A DNA stretch of 64,000 bases from an uncultured Nitrososphaeraceae archaeon (GCA_963779615.1 CAVZZA010000004.1:160001-224000), one strand, 5' to 3'. Shown: positions 43,375 to 54,153, numbered from the stretch's first letter. Notes: generated from the sequence alone by a model not told the origin. A program made the numbers and translations.

Positions 43375-43929
43375 TTACGAAGACGATTGTACTTTATCGT
43401 TTATCTGTTTAACATCTCTGCGGATTTCATCAATAAGCCCCTGATTCTGTTGATTTTGTTCGTGTATGAAAGCAGTTAGTTGATTAAGAATATCACCCTT
43501 ATGTATGCCTTCCCTACCCGTACGAGGACCGCTAGCTATTTCCCCAAAAATTGTATTATGCATATCATGTAAGTACTGCTCATTATAGTCTCGTCCCAAT
43601 ATCCTTGACAGTTCTCTTATGGTATTATGTTGCTCACCCATTACTGTTAACAACTTACCTATGCTAACAGTAGCAGGGGTGCCGCCTAACTTTGAATCGA
43701 GAAATTCTTTATTAAACCTAGATGTATTGGCCATGACATTTTGAGGAGCGTTATCAACCAGGCTGTGATTTACATTTTGATTTTGGGTGTTTTTTTCGCT
43801 CTCATTGACCATTAACATCTTTATATGGCCAAGGCTTATGACGTAATCGTTTTTAGTCAAGATAATATAAACAATCGGTTTTGTCGGAAGAAACTTACTA
43901 TAATGCATATACCCAACACCTATTTTCAT
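43375..43929 (-). CDS. Hypothetical helical/coiled-coil protein (start may be the internal Met near 43811)
   Basis: 184-aa ORF with Q/E/N-rich helical segments. Confidence 0.6.
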   Translation of the reverse strand: MKIGVGYMHYSKFLPTKPIVYIILTKNDYVISLGHIKMLMVNESEKNTQNQNVNHSLVDNAPQNVMANTSRFNKEFLDSKLGGTPATVSIGKLLTVMGEQHNTIRELSRILGRDYNEQYLHDMHNTIFGEIASGPRTGREGIHKGDILNQLTAFIHEQNQQNQGLIDEIRRDVKQINDKVQSSS

Positions 43930-44105
43930 ATTGGATGAAGTGTAGGATTGCGAATGAGCAGTTCAAACATTACAGCAAAGACCAATGAAATCAGCATTCT
44001 TCTAAATTCACCTCTTAATCGTTGGTTTAGCCAATATGTCTGTGTGTGCATCTTCTACCATTTAAGACACCTAGGATTTCACTAGGGAAAAAACTGGAAG
44101 TAAAA

Positions 44106-45020
44106 CTAACACACATGTATCCCAACTAAAGCATATCTATAAGTCCTTAGCATTGTTCTCATATGTGAGTGATCTGGCATTTCTTCTGGAAATAGCAAAT
44201 GGCCGATTTTTTTCTCTGTCGGCTGACCATAAAGCTCTGGATATGTGTAGTAACCCCTTTCACTATCTTGCTTATATCCCTCAACCTGAACCCTGTAAGC
44301 ATTCGCCCAAGGATCCCCGCGTATGCCAGTTACCTGCCAAGAGACTTTCATACCTGAAGTACCTCCTGCAATCTTGAAGCGGCTGTAGCTGTTATCGCTG
44401 CTGTTGTTACCCCCGATGCCATCTGTGGTAGTGTCAGAGATTTCCTCTGCGATATAGATATTTGGGCCAGGAGCGCCGATAGCAGTCAATTGATAACGAA
44501 AATCCTTATTGAGGGCACAGAACCAATCTGGAAGGTCTATCTCGGCTTCACCGTTTGCATCCAATACAACTACACCATCATAGATGTTCTTCATATCCGG
44601 TGACTCCACAGAGGAGTGGCGAAGATACTTGTTTGCAGGATCGACTGGATGGTCTATCCTAAATGAGCCCCCAGCTCTTGAAAGAGAGCCAGTTATTGTG
44701 ACGTTGCCGGCTAGGTATGCTGCATGGCCGTTTCCGCCGTAGGCATACATACCAACGCTGTTGTAGCTGTAACCATACACTCCAATGGATCTGTGACTGG
44801 AACCATACACGCCACTATTGCTATCACTGAAACCGTACACACCTCTGTTGCTACCGCTGGAACCATGCACTCCATTATTGCTATTACTGTAACCAAACAC
44901 TCCAATGCCTCTCTCGCTTCTGCCAATCAGGCCATAGCCTTTGCCATCGTCGGCCCCGACTGCAGATGACATATCACAGTAGCCCTCCTTCCAACAGAAA
45001 GGATTTTGCGGGATTTGCAT
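44106..45020 (-). CDS. Fibre/adhesin-like protein with Gly-rich 10-aa repeats and a C-terminal DHP..ESP..DG domain
   Basis: Seven GVxGxSxxxx-type repeats followed by FRIDHPVDPANKYLRHSSVESPDMKNIYDG...LPDWF...YQLTAIG...SWQVTGIR. Confidence 0.75.
   Translation of the reverse strand: MQIPQNPFCWKEGYCDMSSAVGADDGKGYGLIGRSERGIGVFGYSNSNNGVHGSSGSNRGVYGFSDSNSGVYGSSHRSIGVYGYSYNSVGMYAYGGNGHAAYLAGNVTITGSLSRAGGSFRIDHPVDPANKYLRHSSVESPDMKNIYDGVVVLDANGEAEIDLPDWFCALNKDFRYQLTAIGAPGPNIYIAEEISDTTTDGIGGNNSSDNSYSRFKIAGGTSGMKVSWQVTGIRGDPWANAYRVQVEGYKQDSERGYYTYPELYGQPTEKKIGHLLFPEEMPDHSHMRTMLRTYRYALVGIHVC
44741..44933 (-). repeat. 30-bp coding tandem repeat (about 6.5 units)
   Basis: AACCATACAC-like unit recurs at 44771, 44801, 44831, 44861 and 44891. 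Confidence 0.85.
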
Positions 45021-46286
45021 TTACTTGATGTAAAAGAAAATAACTTGCACTTACCATAAGAAATTTTATAAAAATGTAATTATTTAATCCATTTGTTCGC
45101 ATTTCCTCCACAAATAGAACAAGTGCAGCACTTATTCATGGTTAACACGACGGTAACAAACCAAATTGAAACACAAGCTGGAAGCTTTAGCCAGACACTA
45201 AATTATTAGACACCATCTATTTTTATTTAATCAAATTATAATAACCAGGTTCTTGTTTTATTTCTATTTTCAACCAATATTTTGTCACATTTTCTTTATA
45301 CCGTACTGCCAAAAATTCAAAATTAATAAAACTTTAAAATCATTTATTTTGATGACGGTTTTATCATCCATTGCAATAAATCGAAAATAGACACTGCCAT
45401 TTCTTGTCTCTTGACCGTCAATTTATATTCCACTTTTTGGTAAAGAATTTCGTTAAAACCTGTCTTAGCAAAGAACTCCTTTTCGTTAATTCTTATTTAT
45501 ACGATTATATGATTTAATAATACACAGGATTAATTAATAGTATATATTTTAAAAAAACTTAAATAGTATTTTACAAAACAATTACTGAATACATTGAACT
45601 TCCTGCCATGAGTATTCTGTAAGTAGTATTAGTATTCAAATGTGAAATTAGTTTTTATTATTATTGTAAATAACATTTACAAGGTATTCTCTAGTTTTGC
45701 ATTATCGAATATTAATCTCATTCAAATTTGAAAGTGAAAAAAGGAATTCAGTATTCGGGAAAAGTAAAGTGAAAAAAAATAACAGAATAAAGATATTGAA
45801 AAATAAACCAAATATTGGTAATTACACTTTCATTGATGATAATACAGATACCCTACCACCCAATCAACATCCCCTGACTAATGAAAAAAATGAGCCTATC
45901 AAAGAACAGAGTATCTTAAAGCAAGTGGGTGAAAAATATAAAAAGAAAAAAGTAATGAACAAAGATGAAATCAATAACAACCCTAGCAAAGGCTTAAAAT
46001 TTGCAAATCAGTCACAAAGAAACCATTCTTCAATATATGAATAACGAGTCATTTTAATCTACCATCAAAAATACATTATTATTTTTTTGTATATTCTTTT
46101 TTGGCATTTATATCAGGATCTTCCATAAACCCATCTCTTTCAATAACTCCTGCTTTGTTTTCAGGCTGAACGGTGAGGAATCTATGGTTATATTGGACCA
46201 CTACATTTACTGGAACACCCATCTTCTCTACAATATTTAGAAAATAGTTTTAAGAAATAATTGCTTTGTGTACATATTAAAAAAAC

Positions 46287-46325
46287 ATGTTGTTCTCCAT
46301 CCAAAACAACATACAAAACAACATA
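46287..46325. promoter_or_regulatory. Possible operator: tandem 12-bp repeat plus a partial inverted copy upstream of the HTH gene
   Basis: CAAAACAACATA twice (46302-46325) and ATGTTGTT (46287-46294). Confidence 0.35.
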
Positions 46326-46429
46326 TGTAGCAGGTAAAAAATGTGGTAACAGGGATAGCGGTCAAGAAAAGGCTGTAACACCGATATCATAACTCATTTG
46401 CTTATAAACTAACCCAATAGCAATATCGG

Positions 46430-46999
46430 TTGTTGACGGTATTGTCCGCAAAAGACAAAGAAAATCTGGTTATGGACTTGCTGAAAAAAGGTTACAAAAC
46501 AATGGAGATTGCAAAGATTGCACATGTTTCAAATACCACTGTCAAGAAGATAAGGGCGAAACTACGTTCAGAGGTTAAAGAAGAACAGCAGAAAGGTGAC
46601 CAAAATAAAAAACCATTGTCTGTTTCATCACAGGCATTCAACCTATTTGAAGAGGGCAAGTCCCTTGTCCAGGTCACCACTGGGCTTGATTTGACAACAG
46701 ACCAGGCCCTAAAAATACAATCCGACTACATGACACTACGGAACATGGGAAAGGCTTCTCGTGTTCTGATGGAACACAGAAAGGACTTGGGTGCGTATTT
46801 GGGTTTGCTTGACTTTGTGAATGAGAACAAAATAAAGGTGAAGGACTTGAGCCATGCGATGGATTTGGCACGTAACATAGACAATCTGAAAAAAGAGAAG
46901 GCGCAATTGGAGTTCGACATAGACACGCTGATGGATGAGAAAAAGTATTACGAGATGGAACTCGATAAAGTCAAAAACAAATATTACAAAATCCGGTAA
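46430..46999 (+). CDS. HTH DNA-binding protein with coiled-coil C-terminus
   Basis: GYKTMEIAKIAHVSNTTVKKI HTH; second HTH-like segment AFNLFEEGKSLVQVTTGLDL. Confidence 0.78.
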   Translation: MLTVLSAKDKENLVMDLLKKGYKTMEIAKIAHVSNTTVKKIRAKLRSEVKEEQQKGDQNKKPLSVSSQAFNLFEEGKSLVQVTTGLDLTTDQALKIQSDYMTLRNMGKASRVLMEHRKDLGAYLGLLDFVNENKIKVKDLSHAMDLARNIDNLKKEKAQLEFDIDTLMDEKKYYEMELDKVKNKYYKIR

Positions 47000-47448
47000 A
47001 TACACAATTACTCAAGATATAAAATATCAAAACGTCTTTTTATAGTATATATTTGGTTAATCACTTCATTTATAAAAAATGGTTTAATTTTTACTCATCT
47101 ATACCATGCGTAATCCTTTTTAATTATATTTATAATGCATAGAAAATGGGCCACACAATTCCATCATTCAGGCAACTACTTGAAATCGAGAAACTTGATT
47201 GGCCTAATTTTGAGAAAACATTACCAACTAAAAAAAATAAAAAAACATTTGATAGAATTTATGAAAAATTTACAATCATTTCCTTTCAATACGCGTTGTA
47301 AAAACAATTGTTCACGAGCATATAATGAGTAACACCTGTTTTCATAATTATGTATATCTATTGTATTTATTATTAATGAAGAGAATGTTAATGGGATTTT
47401 AATTAAAGAGTGACTAATATAAAAGTTAAAAAATCATAATATTATTTT

Positions 47449-48077
47449 TTGATTGTGGGAAATAATGAAAGTTTTATTTCCAAGGTACTTACAACTATAA
47501 TTGCAGGGCTTGCAATTTTTATAATAAGTCAAATTTACACAGACATCTATAAGCAACCACTTATTGGGATTGATTTGGAGTCTTTAGGTATAGAGAATTC
47601 AAATCTTATAAATAAGATTACGCTTAAAAATGGTGGACACAATAGTGCAAATAATTTTAGGTTAACAATTAATACTGATGCCATGATTCAGAATTTTAGT
47701 AAAGTATTTTTTGTTGAGAATTTTAGCACACCGGTAATAGAAAATAGTCAGTTTTTAACTACTTCTGCCCCTAGATTAACTGTTGGTTCGATACTTGTAT
47801 TGGATACAATTATTAAACCATTAAAAAATAATACAAAATACAATATTTTTGTTACTTATGATCAAGGAGTACAAATACATCATATATCCTAAATACCAAA
47901 AATCAAGCAATTGTGGCTAATGAGCCTAAAAACTTTTATGATATGATTTGGGAATCAGCTGCGGTACTCAATTCGTCCTATGCTATTATAATTGTGATAA
48001 TAATTACAATTGTAGTAAAAATTCTTGGATATATTCGACAAAGAACTCGGGTTTATACAAAAAAAAACTCGACATAA
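47449..48077 (+). CDS. Membrane protein with N- and C-terminal TM helices, frameshifted near 47866
   Basis: ORF 47449-47892 continues in another frame (STNTSYILN...YAIIIVIIITIVVKIL...*) if one G is added at CAAGGAGT. Confidence 0.55.
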
Positions 48078-48462
48078 ATAAGGTAATCTATTTTTAAAAA
48101 ATAGATATTTCGAAAATGATTTTATAACGATTGGAAAAGGAATACCCTTTAATGGTTTTGTAAAATGAGCCTATGTAGTTAGTAATCCCAAAGGGGTTTA
48201 GTAATAGATATGTTACGAACCCGGTTTTGATGTGTTTTTAAATTTCAATAATAAGATTTCTTACTATGTGTATTAATGTGTCTTGGAGGAAAATTATGGA
48301 TAAGTTATTCTATACTGATTGACTCTTCTTTACAAGAAAGAAATGCAAATTAAAACATGCAATTAATTAATTAAATCTTTTTGTAAACTAATAGAATAGA
48401 GAATATAAATCATGAAGTAAACAAAGCCATTATATTTTGAAACTTTAAGTTCAAAAACACCT

Positions 48463-49622
48463 TTAAATCATAAATCTATTGATAACATTATACAGCCAAT
48501 TATATTTTAATCTCAAACTTTCCAGTTTTAGAAATCCTTTGCTGTTTTTTAATGACGCATTTATTCTATGTTTTGGATTAAAGCTATTGTCGAGTCGTTC
48601 AACATCATTGCATTTCTTCAACCATTCATTTAATATGGATATTGATTCTCCATGGCTTTTTCTTTTTGATTAAGTAGGGTCCTAAAATCAGCCTTAGTGT
48701 TTCTTTTCTTCCATCCGGGATACCTGTTATGAGTAGTTTTTCTATCCAGTTTATCTGGAAGTTGTTATTTGCAGTTGTTAAATCTAGTCGCTTCCCCCCA
48801 GTTTTGAATGCTTTCTCATAAGGTATTTTTGGTGTATCTCCTGCTCCGTTATCCATCTCCTGAAACCTTTTGTTAGTTGTTTTATTGGCGGCCTGCAGCC
48901 ATTCCGCTCTTGGATTACTTTGACCATCGATTTTTCATAAGCAAGTTCTCTAGCCAGGCATTTGGAGTTGTATGTGTTTGGAATCCTTATCAGACAGGAC
49001 TTGTACTTTGGCCTATGCTGTGGGTCGGCCCTTCCCCTGTAAACAGGCCCTCAGCATACTTTAGAAAAACCTCTGACACAAAAGACCCACAGTATTTTCC
49101 ATTGCAGGATGAAAACAGGCTGGGAAACCTGTCTTTGGAAAATGGGTCATATGTGTCCAATACCATAGACTGGATTGGAAGGTATATGTGGTAGCCATTG
49201 CCGGACCAAATCACGGTGGGGCGAATTGGCCTGATGCTGTAATGCTCTTGGTTCTGCTGTTGGCAATCATGCATATCCGAACTGGCGGGGACCCTCTGGC
49301 CAAATACTGAAGAGATGTTTTTCAGTGTTTTCTCCAAAGCCCTGTTGAGCATTTTCATAGGGTCCTTATACCTTGAAAAATATGACTTGTCAAGGTCGAT
49401 GAAGATAAAGTTGGGCGGCTGCCTTGCAATTCCCTGGTATTCTACATATTCAGGATAAGCGTTGAGGCAGCAGTCAATGTAATTGGATTCCTTGCATCTT
49501 TGCAATAGTTCTTCTTTGGATGTAACGGTAAACTGACCGTTAGATGAAAGAGTCATCATCCTCCGGGGGAATAACGGTTCCTCAAAATGAGACAAAATGA
49601 AATCAATATCTTCTTTATTCAT
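48463..49622 (-). CDS. Archaeo-eukaryotic primase (AEP) fused to a PriX-like domain; three frameshifts in homopolymer runs
   Basis: AEP motifs FIDLD, SGNGYHIY, LIRIPNT; C-terminal WIEKLL.TGIPDGRK..LILGPYL..ILNEWLKKC; frame changes near 49035, 48796 and 48660. Confidence 0.8.
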
Positions 49623-51994
49623 CCGGATTCTTCTTCGTTTTTCAAGTCTTCAGTGGAGTTCTCCATCATTTTCTTTTTTGTTAGGGATATTACACATTTC
49701 TCTCTTTTATCCATATTTCCTTTTACTGGTAATTTTAGTAATTCGCCCTTGTGATTCTCAAGCGAGTGCAGCTCCATATCAAAGTCGATATTTGTAGAAT
49801 ATGCATTACCGCAGAAATAGCACGGATACTTTGGAGGCATATTGGTGACGGAAGTGACACTTGTGACGCTTTCTGAAGGTGTGGGGGTATTATTATTTAC
49901 ATTGTTTTTTAGTCCTATTCTATTTTTTTCCTGTGTATTGATTGGGGGTTGTATGTCTGTTGGTGTTGTGACACCTTTTTCAAATATAGTCGATGTTAAT
50001 GTGGAACCAAAGTTGTTATTATTGGAATTTGTCTCTGAGCTGTCATCAGTTACAGATGAATCTATTGGAGCATTAGTTTTGTTATCATCATTGTCATTGC
50101 GGTCTTCAGAATTGATTAAACAATCGTCTTGCTTTGAATCATAATTATCAGCTTTAACTTGCTGTTGTTCATCAAGTCCATCAGAAGTTTCACCACCGCT
50201 AACTTCAATATTGTCAAAAGGGGGGCAGGCACTCTCTAAACCCGTCACCTCTGTCACCTCTGTCACTGTTTTTTTCTCTTTCTTGCTATCGTCTAAAACT
50301 TTGGATGTGCTTTCTTCTCCCTCTTCTTTTGCTATATCGTCAATAACTATCTCTTCGACAACTTCGTATTGCTTTGACATTTTTTCCAGGTCCGACTTGT
50401 TAAAGCGAAACCCCCTTTTATGGTTGGTTCGAAAGGCCACTGCCTTAAACTTTGATTTCAGTAACGAGGAGACCTTTGCCTTGGTTAGTTTGGTGCCATC
50501 GGGCAGGTAAACGGCATTGCCCAAAACCCCCCACTGATCTTCTCGCCCATCCGTTACCTCCTTTAGTTTGTCAAAAATTTCATCGTTTGAAAACTCATAG
50601 AGTTTCTGTCTGCTGTTGTTGTTGTCCTCTTCCCTTTTAATCAACTCAAACAACGCCTCTACTATTTTCGCTTCTATGGAGTTGCTCTTTAACACTGATT
50701 TTTCGTTTATCATCTTTGATAACGCCAACCTAATTCTGTCAAAGTTTTTTCCTTGGCTGAATAGTGTCAATATGGGCTGGGTTAGCTCTTTGTTCCTGTT
50801 CCTTATGTTTAGTTTGATTAGCGAAAAATCGTTATTGAATTGAGTCATTTTAAATGCAATCAGTAATTTTCTGAGGTGTATCAGCTGTTTGTAATGGCCA
50901 GAGGTTTTGTCCTTTAGGATATCCTTTATGTTATGCTGCACCTCGCCAATCAGAAATTTGTGTATGAAGGAGCGGTCTATAATCCCCCTAATGCTTTTTT
51001 CATGTGGCAGCTCCTCCATCGACAGCCATTTGTGAGAAAACGTAAGGTATGATGACTGGCTTCTAACCCCATTCTTGTTGAACTCAACCTTGGGGACATT
51101 ACCGCCACTGGCATACCCTGTCTTGAGTATTCTCTGCTTGTCGATATCATAGCCAATGTTGTCAGCTTCGTCTTCGGCTATGGTGCCCTGCCCTTCCTGG
51201 ATGTCTCCCAAGAATGTGTAATAGTTGGCCGAATTGGCAGCCGTCACATAGAATACCCTATAGCCTAGCATCCTGTAAACCAAAAGGGCCGAGTTCTTGC
51301 CCGAGCCATTTTCGCCTATCAGTATGTTGTAGTTTGTCGTTCCAAATTTGTCCTGAAAGTAGCTGCCAACGGTGTTTGCTACGAAGGTTACCAAGCTGTG
51401 CTCATCAACGCTAACGTATTTTTCATATTCTTTGAGGACCTTATCAAACAAGGAGTCAAATGTCTCTTTCTTTGATAACTGCAGATATTCCTTCACCTCT
51501 TGCTCAGAGTCAAATATGTATGGTATGGGATTAACGGTATTGATGTGGTCCATGGGATAAAATGTATAGTTAGCGCCATCGATTTTGTCCTGTATATGAC
51601 ACTTTTCCTCGTCATAAAAAACAAATTTTGGTAAACCGCCTATAACAATCGATTCAAATAACTTGTCATTGTATTCGTCCTTTCGGAGGAAGGTTGTTTT
51701 TTGGTCCCGTTCACTTCCCTCATTGTTTCCTTCACTCTCCATCAATGAATCTAAATTTTCATATATCGCATTTTCCAAAAGGTTATAATGTTGAGTAGAG
51801 ATATTGGGAACTTGATCTTTTACTTTGTTTTCAAATGCTTTGAATGATTTTTGCAAATCCTTTGTCCTGAATATGCTATAAATTGTTTGCTTGCCATATA
51901 TTTCGGTAAATTCAAGCTCAATGACCCCATTGTTTCTGATTCCAAATTTGGAGAGAATGGATTTCAATTCTTCCGATATGGCAAAGTCAATCAT
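49619..51994 (-). CDS. Mobile-element replication ATPase/helicase-like protein with C-terminal Zn finger
   Basis: Walker A GENGSGKN, Walker B IAEDEAD, putative Arg finger IIDRS; low-complexity linker bounded by VT repeats; CYFC...H; stop overlaps the primase start (ATGA). Confidence 0.75.
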   Translation of the reverse strand: MIDFAISEELKSILSKFGIRNNGVIELEFTEIYGKQTIYSIFRTKDLQKSFKAFENKVKDQVPNISTQHYNLLENAIYENLDSLMESEGNNEGSERDQKTTFLRKDEYNDKLFESIVIGGLPKFVFYDEEKCHIQDKIDGANYTFYPMDHINTVNPIPYIFDSEQEVKEYLQLSKKETFDSLFDKVLKEYEKYVSVDEHSLVTFVANTVGSYFQDKFGTTNYNILIGENGSGKNSALLVYRMLGYRVFYVTAANSANYYTFLGDIQEGQGTIAEDEADNIGYDIDKQRILKTGYASGGNVPKVEFNKNGVRSQSSYLTFSHKWLSMEELPHEKSIRGIIDRSFIHKFLIGEVQHNIKDILKDKTSGHYKQLIHLRKLLIAFKMTQFNNDFSLIKLNIRNRNKELTQPILTLFSQGKNFDRIRLALSKMINEKSVLKSNSIEAKIVEALFELIKREEDNNNSRQKLYEFSNDEIFDKLKEVTDGREDQWGVLGNAVYLPDGTKLTKAKVSSLLKSKFKAVAFRTNHKRGFRFNKSDLEKMSKQYEVVEEIVIDDIAKEEGEESTSKVLDDSKKEKKTVTEVTEVTGLESACPPFDNIEVSGGETSDGLDEQQQVKADNYDSKQDDCLINSEDRNDNDDNKTNAPIDSSVTDDSSETNSNNNNFGSTLTSTIFEKGVTTPTDIQPPINTQEKNRIGLKNNVNNNTPTPSESVTSVTSVTNMPPKYPCYFCGNAYSTNIDFDMELHSLENHKGELLKLPVKGNMDKREKCVISLTKKKMMENSTEDLKNEEESG
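49845..50266. repeat. Two mutually inverted arrays of GTGAC (3 copies each, 9-bp period); candidate iterons
   Basis: GTGAC at 49845, 49854, 49863 (extra copy at 49968); GTCAC at 50244, 50253, 50262. Confidence 0.85.
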
Positions 51995-52134
51995 CAGATA
52001 TTCCTTCCAAAATCCTCAATGGGTTTATCTTTGAAATCAGAACATTTGAAATTAGTGATTTTATTATTAGTATGAGGTGGAATTATGGTTACGCCTATAT
52101 CATTGAACCAAAAGTCAGTATTACTGTGATTCAT
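51994..52134 (-). pseudogene. N-terminal remnant of a bifunctional primase-polymerase (Prim-Pol)
   Basis: MNHSNTDFWFNDIGVTIIPPHTNNK...SDFKDKP resembles the Prim-Pol opening motif, then stops; TGATG overlap with the helicase start. Confidence 0.5.
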
Positions 52135-52436
52135 TTTCTTTGCTGCTGTTTCCTGTGGCATTTGCAGTTGCAGATAACAAAAATTTTCAGCCCCAGCTTG
52201 TCGACATACCGCACTTTGCATTCCTGGCAGGTGTTTGTGGGGCATTTTGTGGGTTTTAATATGCGGCTGTATCCTGCTGATGAAGATAAATATAAACAGT
52301 CCCTTTGTGTAATGTTATTAGGCGCAGTTGGTGTCGTGTTTGATTTCCTCTCCCTGTACAGAATGGGTTGTAGTGAACAGATGCGGCTTGTAGTCGGCAT
52401 GTGCTTTTGATTCCGTCTTTCCCTCTGGTCCCTCAA
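52131..52436 (-). CDS. Small Cys-rich protein
   Basis: CPTNTCQEC and CNCKCH motifs; lies in the co-oriented element gene run. Confidence 0.5.
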   Translation of the reverse strand: MRDQRERRNQKHMPTTSRICSLQPILYRERKSNTTPTAPNNITQRDCLYLSSSAGYSRILKPTKCPTNTCQECKVRYVDKLGLKIFVICNCKCHRKQQQRK

Positions 52437-52575
52437 CCGAGTTGGACGGAATCAAATTCTTTTTCAAGTAAACAGAAGTTTTGCAGTAGCTGCACGTTGT
52501 TACGAATCTGTTTTTCCCCTTGTATACCCAAAGGTGGGAGCACCTCTGGCACCTTAAAGTTAAATTGGACTCCAT
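52318..52575 (-). CDS. Small Zn-ribbon protein
   Basis: CQRC..W.YKG...CSYC; TTTTATATA box about 25-33 nt upstream of ATG 52575 supports this start. Confidence 0.68.
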   Translation of the reverse strand: MESNLTLRCQRCSHLWVYKGKNRFVTTCSYCKTSVYLKKNLIPSNSVEGPEGKTESKAHADYKPHLFTTTHSVQGEEIKHDTNCA

Positions 52576-52887
52576 AAAGGCTATATACCAACTGTTTACT
52601 ATATAAAAGAAAGAGATTTTTTTTTGACTAAACATTCATCGATTTAATGGTTATGGGCAATAAACGACTGAGCAGTTACTACCTTATTCATAATACAAAT
52701 CAAACCTATTACAGGCTTAGGATATGGATAGGATTAGATATATTTGGCGCCACCCTTTAACTGCATTAGATATTTCTGGCTTGATCATAAATGATAGGAG
52801 TGACAACCAAAGAAAATATCGTATATTCTCTTGTGATCGGCAAAAATGTCAAACCTGCCAGACTTTTGAGTTAAACAAAAGAAGTGC

Positions 52888-54153
52888 CTATGATTCTTTT
52901 TCCTTCATTATCCCGGATGTGAATAAAGAATGCGCAATGACATTAACCTGCTGTTGATTTTTAGTTTCTGATAGACCTGAAACCAGTTTCTCAACCATGG
53001 TTTTCATCGATGAGAATTGGTCTGTAAGTGATTTTATTTGCTCATCTTTTTCTTGTAATTTTCCTTTGATAAGATATGTTTCTTCTTGACTCTTCAGTTC
53101 GTATTTTTGTAACTCCTTTTGCAGTTTTCCTTGTTTGTCAATCATTAGCAAGTCTGATACTTTCAAATAGTCTTCCAACAGTTCAGTGTCTGTTGGCCGA
53201 TAATACGAGTTGCTAATGCCTATGCTGTGGGACAGCAGTTTTTCAATGTTTATTGGCTTCATGCCTGCTATCTCGGCCCGGGTTTTGAACCATTTCCTTA
53301 AACTGTGTACCGCAGAAAACGGATGTCTTTTCTTTCCGTTTTCCAATTTCTTCCTTAAGCCCTGAGCCCAAATGGCCCTTTCAATCAATCGTTTTATCCC
53401 AGAGGGTGCTAATTTTATGGGTTTTGTAGCAAAGCCCCTTCCTTGGGCCACCCTAGTGTCCCACAAGTCACGCATAAGCCAACTGTTTTCATCTATCAAC
53501 TCGCCAGAATCATCGCGGTATTTCATCCAGTCCTTTAATGCATGGTAGGCCTCTTTGGAGGTGAACGAGTAATATTCCTCATCCTCTTCCGCATAAACAA
53601 TGATTTTGGCTGCAACCACATCCCCATCCTTTTCTATCGGACGTATGTGACCCCATCTCAAATAGTCCCAAGCGCCCAACCGAATTCCGGAAGAGGCCAT
53701 GGTATACACAATGGCCTTGATTCTCCTGTCAGGGTATTCCAGTAGTTTTCGTATCTCATCATTTGTGGGAACCCTGTCATCGGCATAATCCCTTCCCTTC
53801 GGAAGCCCTCTTGTTATCTTTTTCCATGTTATTGGTATGTCGGCCATTTCGCAGAACAGCTTTATGCTTTTTAGATAGTTTCTTACGGTTGCACCCGTTA
53901 TCTCTTTTCTGTCCACCTTTGCCAGGTTAAACTGCATGAACCTTAACAGGCTGTTGAAAACCCACTGGTTTCCGTCTTTTCCCCTTACATCCATAAACAC
54001 TTTGCTCTTTTCCTCAACGGTTGAGCCTTCCAAGCCTAGAAAATCGAAAAACCTTTCCAGCCTCTTCTGGTACTTTTCCCTTGTCACCGGCGACTTTAAC
54101 GCATACAAATACAGTGACCAAAGGTCTGGTTCCACATTATTGTATTTTATCAC
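52888..54153 (-). CDS. Tyrosine recombinase/integrase (intact)
   Basis: SSGIRLG (Arg I), HSLRK (HxxR), LLSH, SYY (catalytic Tyr); coiled-coil C-terminal tail. Confidence 0.93.
   Translation of the reverse strand: MIKYNNVEPDLWSLYLYALKSPVTREKYQKRLERFFDFLGLEGSTVEEKSKVFMDVRGKDGNQWVFNSLLRFMQFNLAKVDRKEITGATVRNYLKSIKLFCEMADIPITWKKITRGLPKGRDYADDRVPTNDEIRKLLEYPDRRIKAIVYTMASSGIRLGAWDYLRWGHIRPIEKDGDVVAAKIIVYAEEDEEYYSFTSKEAYHALKDWMKYRDDSGELIDENSWLMRDLWDTRVAQGRGFATKPIKLAPSGIKRLIERAIWAQGLRKKLENGKKRHPFSAVHSLRKWFKTRAEIAGMKPINIEKLLSHSIGISNSYYRPTDTELLEDYLKVSDLLMIDKQGKLQKELQKYELKSQEETYLIKGKLQEKDEQIKSLTDQFSSMKTMVEKLVSGLSETKNQQQVNVIAHSLFTSGIMKEKES

Noticed and set aside
44741-44933. 30-bp periodic repeat as a CRISPR array
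   Set aside because: Units are contiguous, in frame and degenerate, with no unique spacers; it is a coding repeat.
45697-46044. 115-aa K/N-rich ORF, plus a 47-aa minus-strand ORF near 46080-46223
   Set aside because: Low complexity with no motifs; cannot be distinguished from chance ORFs or decayed genes.
48180-48222. CCCAAAGGGGTTT...GAACCC as a degenerate att copy of the tRNA-Arg 3' end (CCCAGAGGGATTTGAACCC)
   Set aside because: Only 11 of 13 bases match and a long insertion is needed; compatible with chance.
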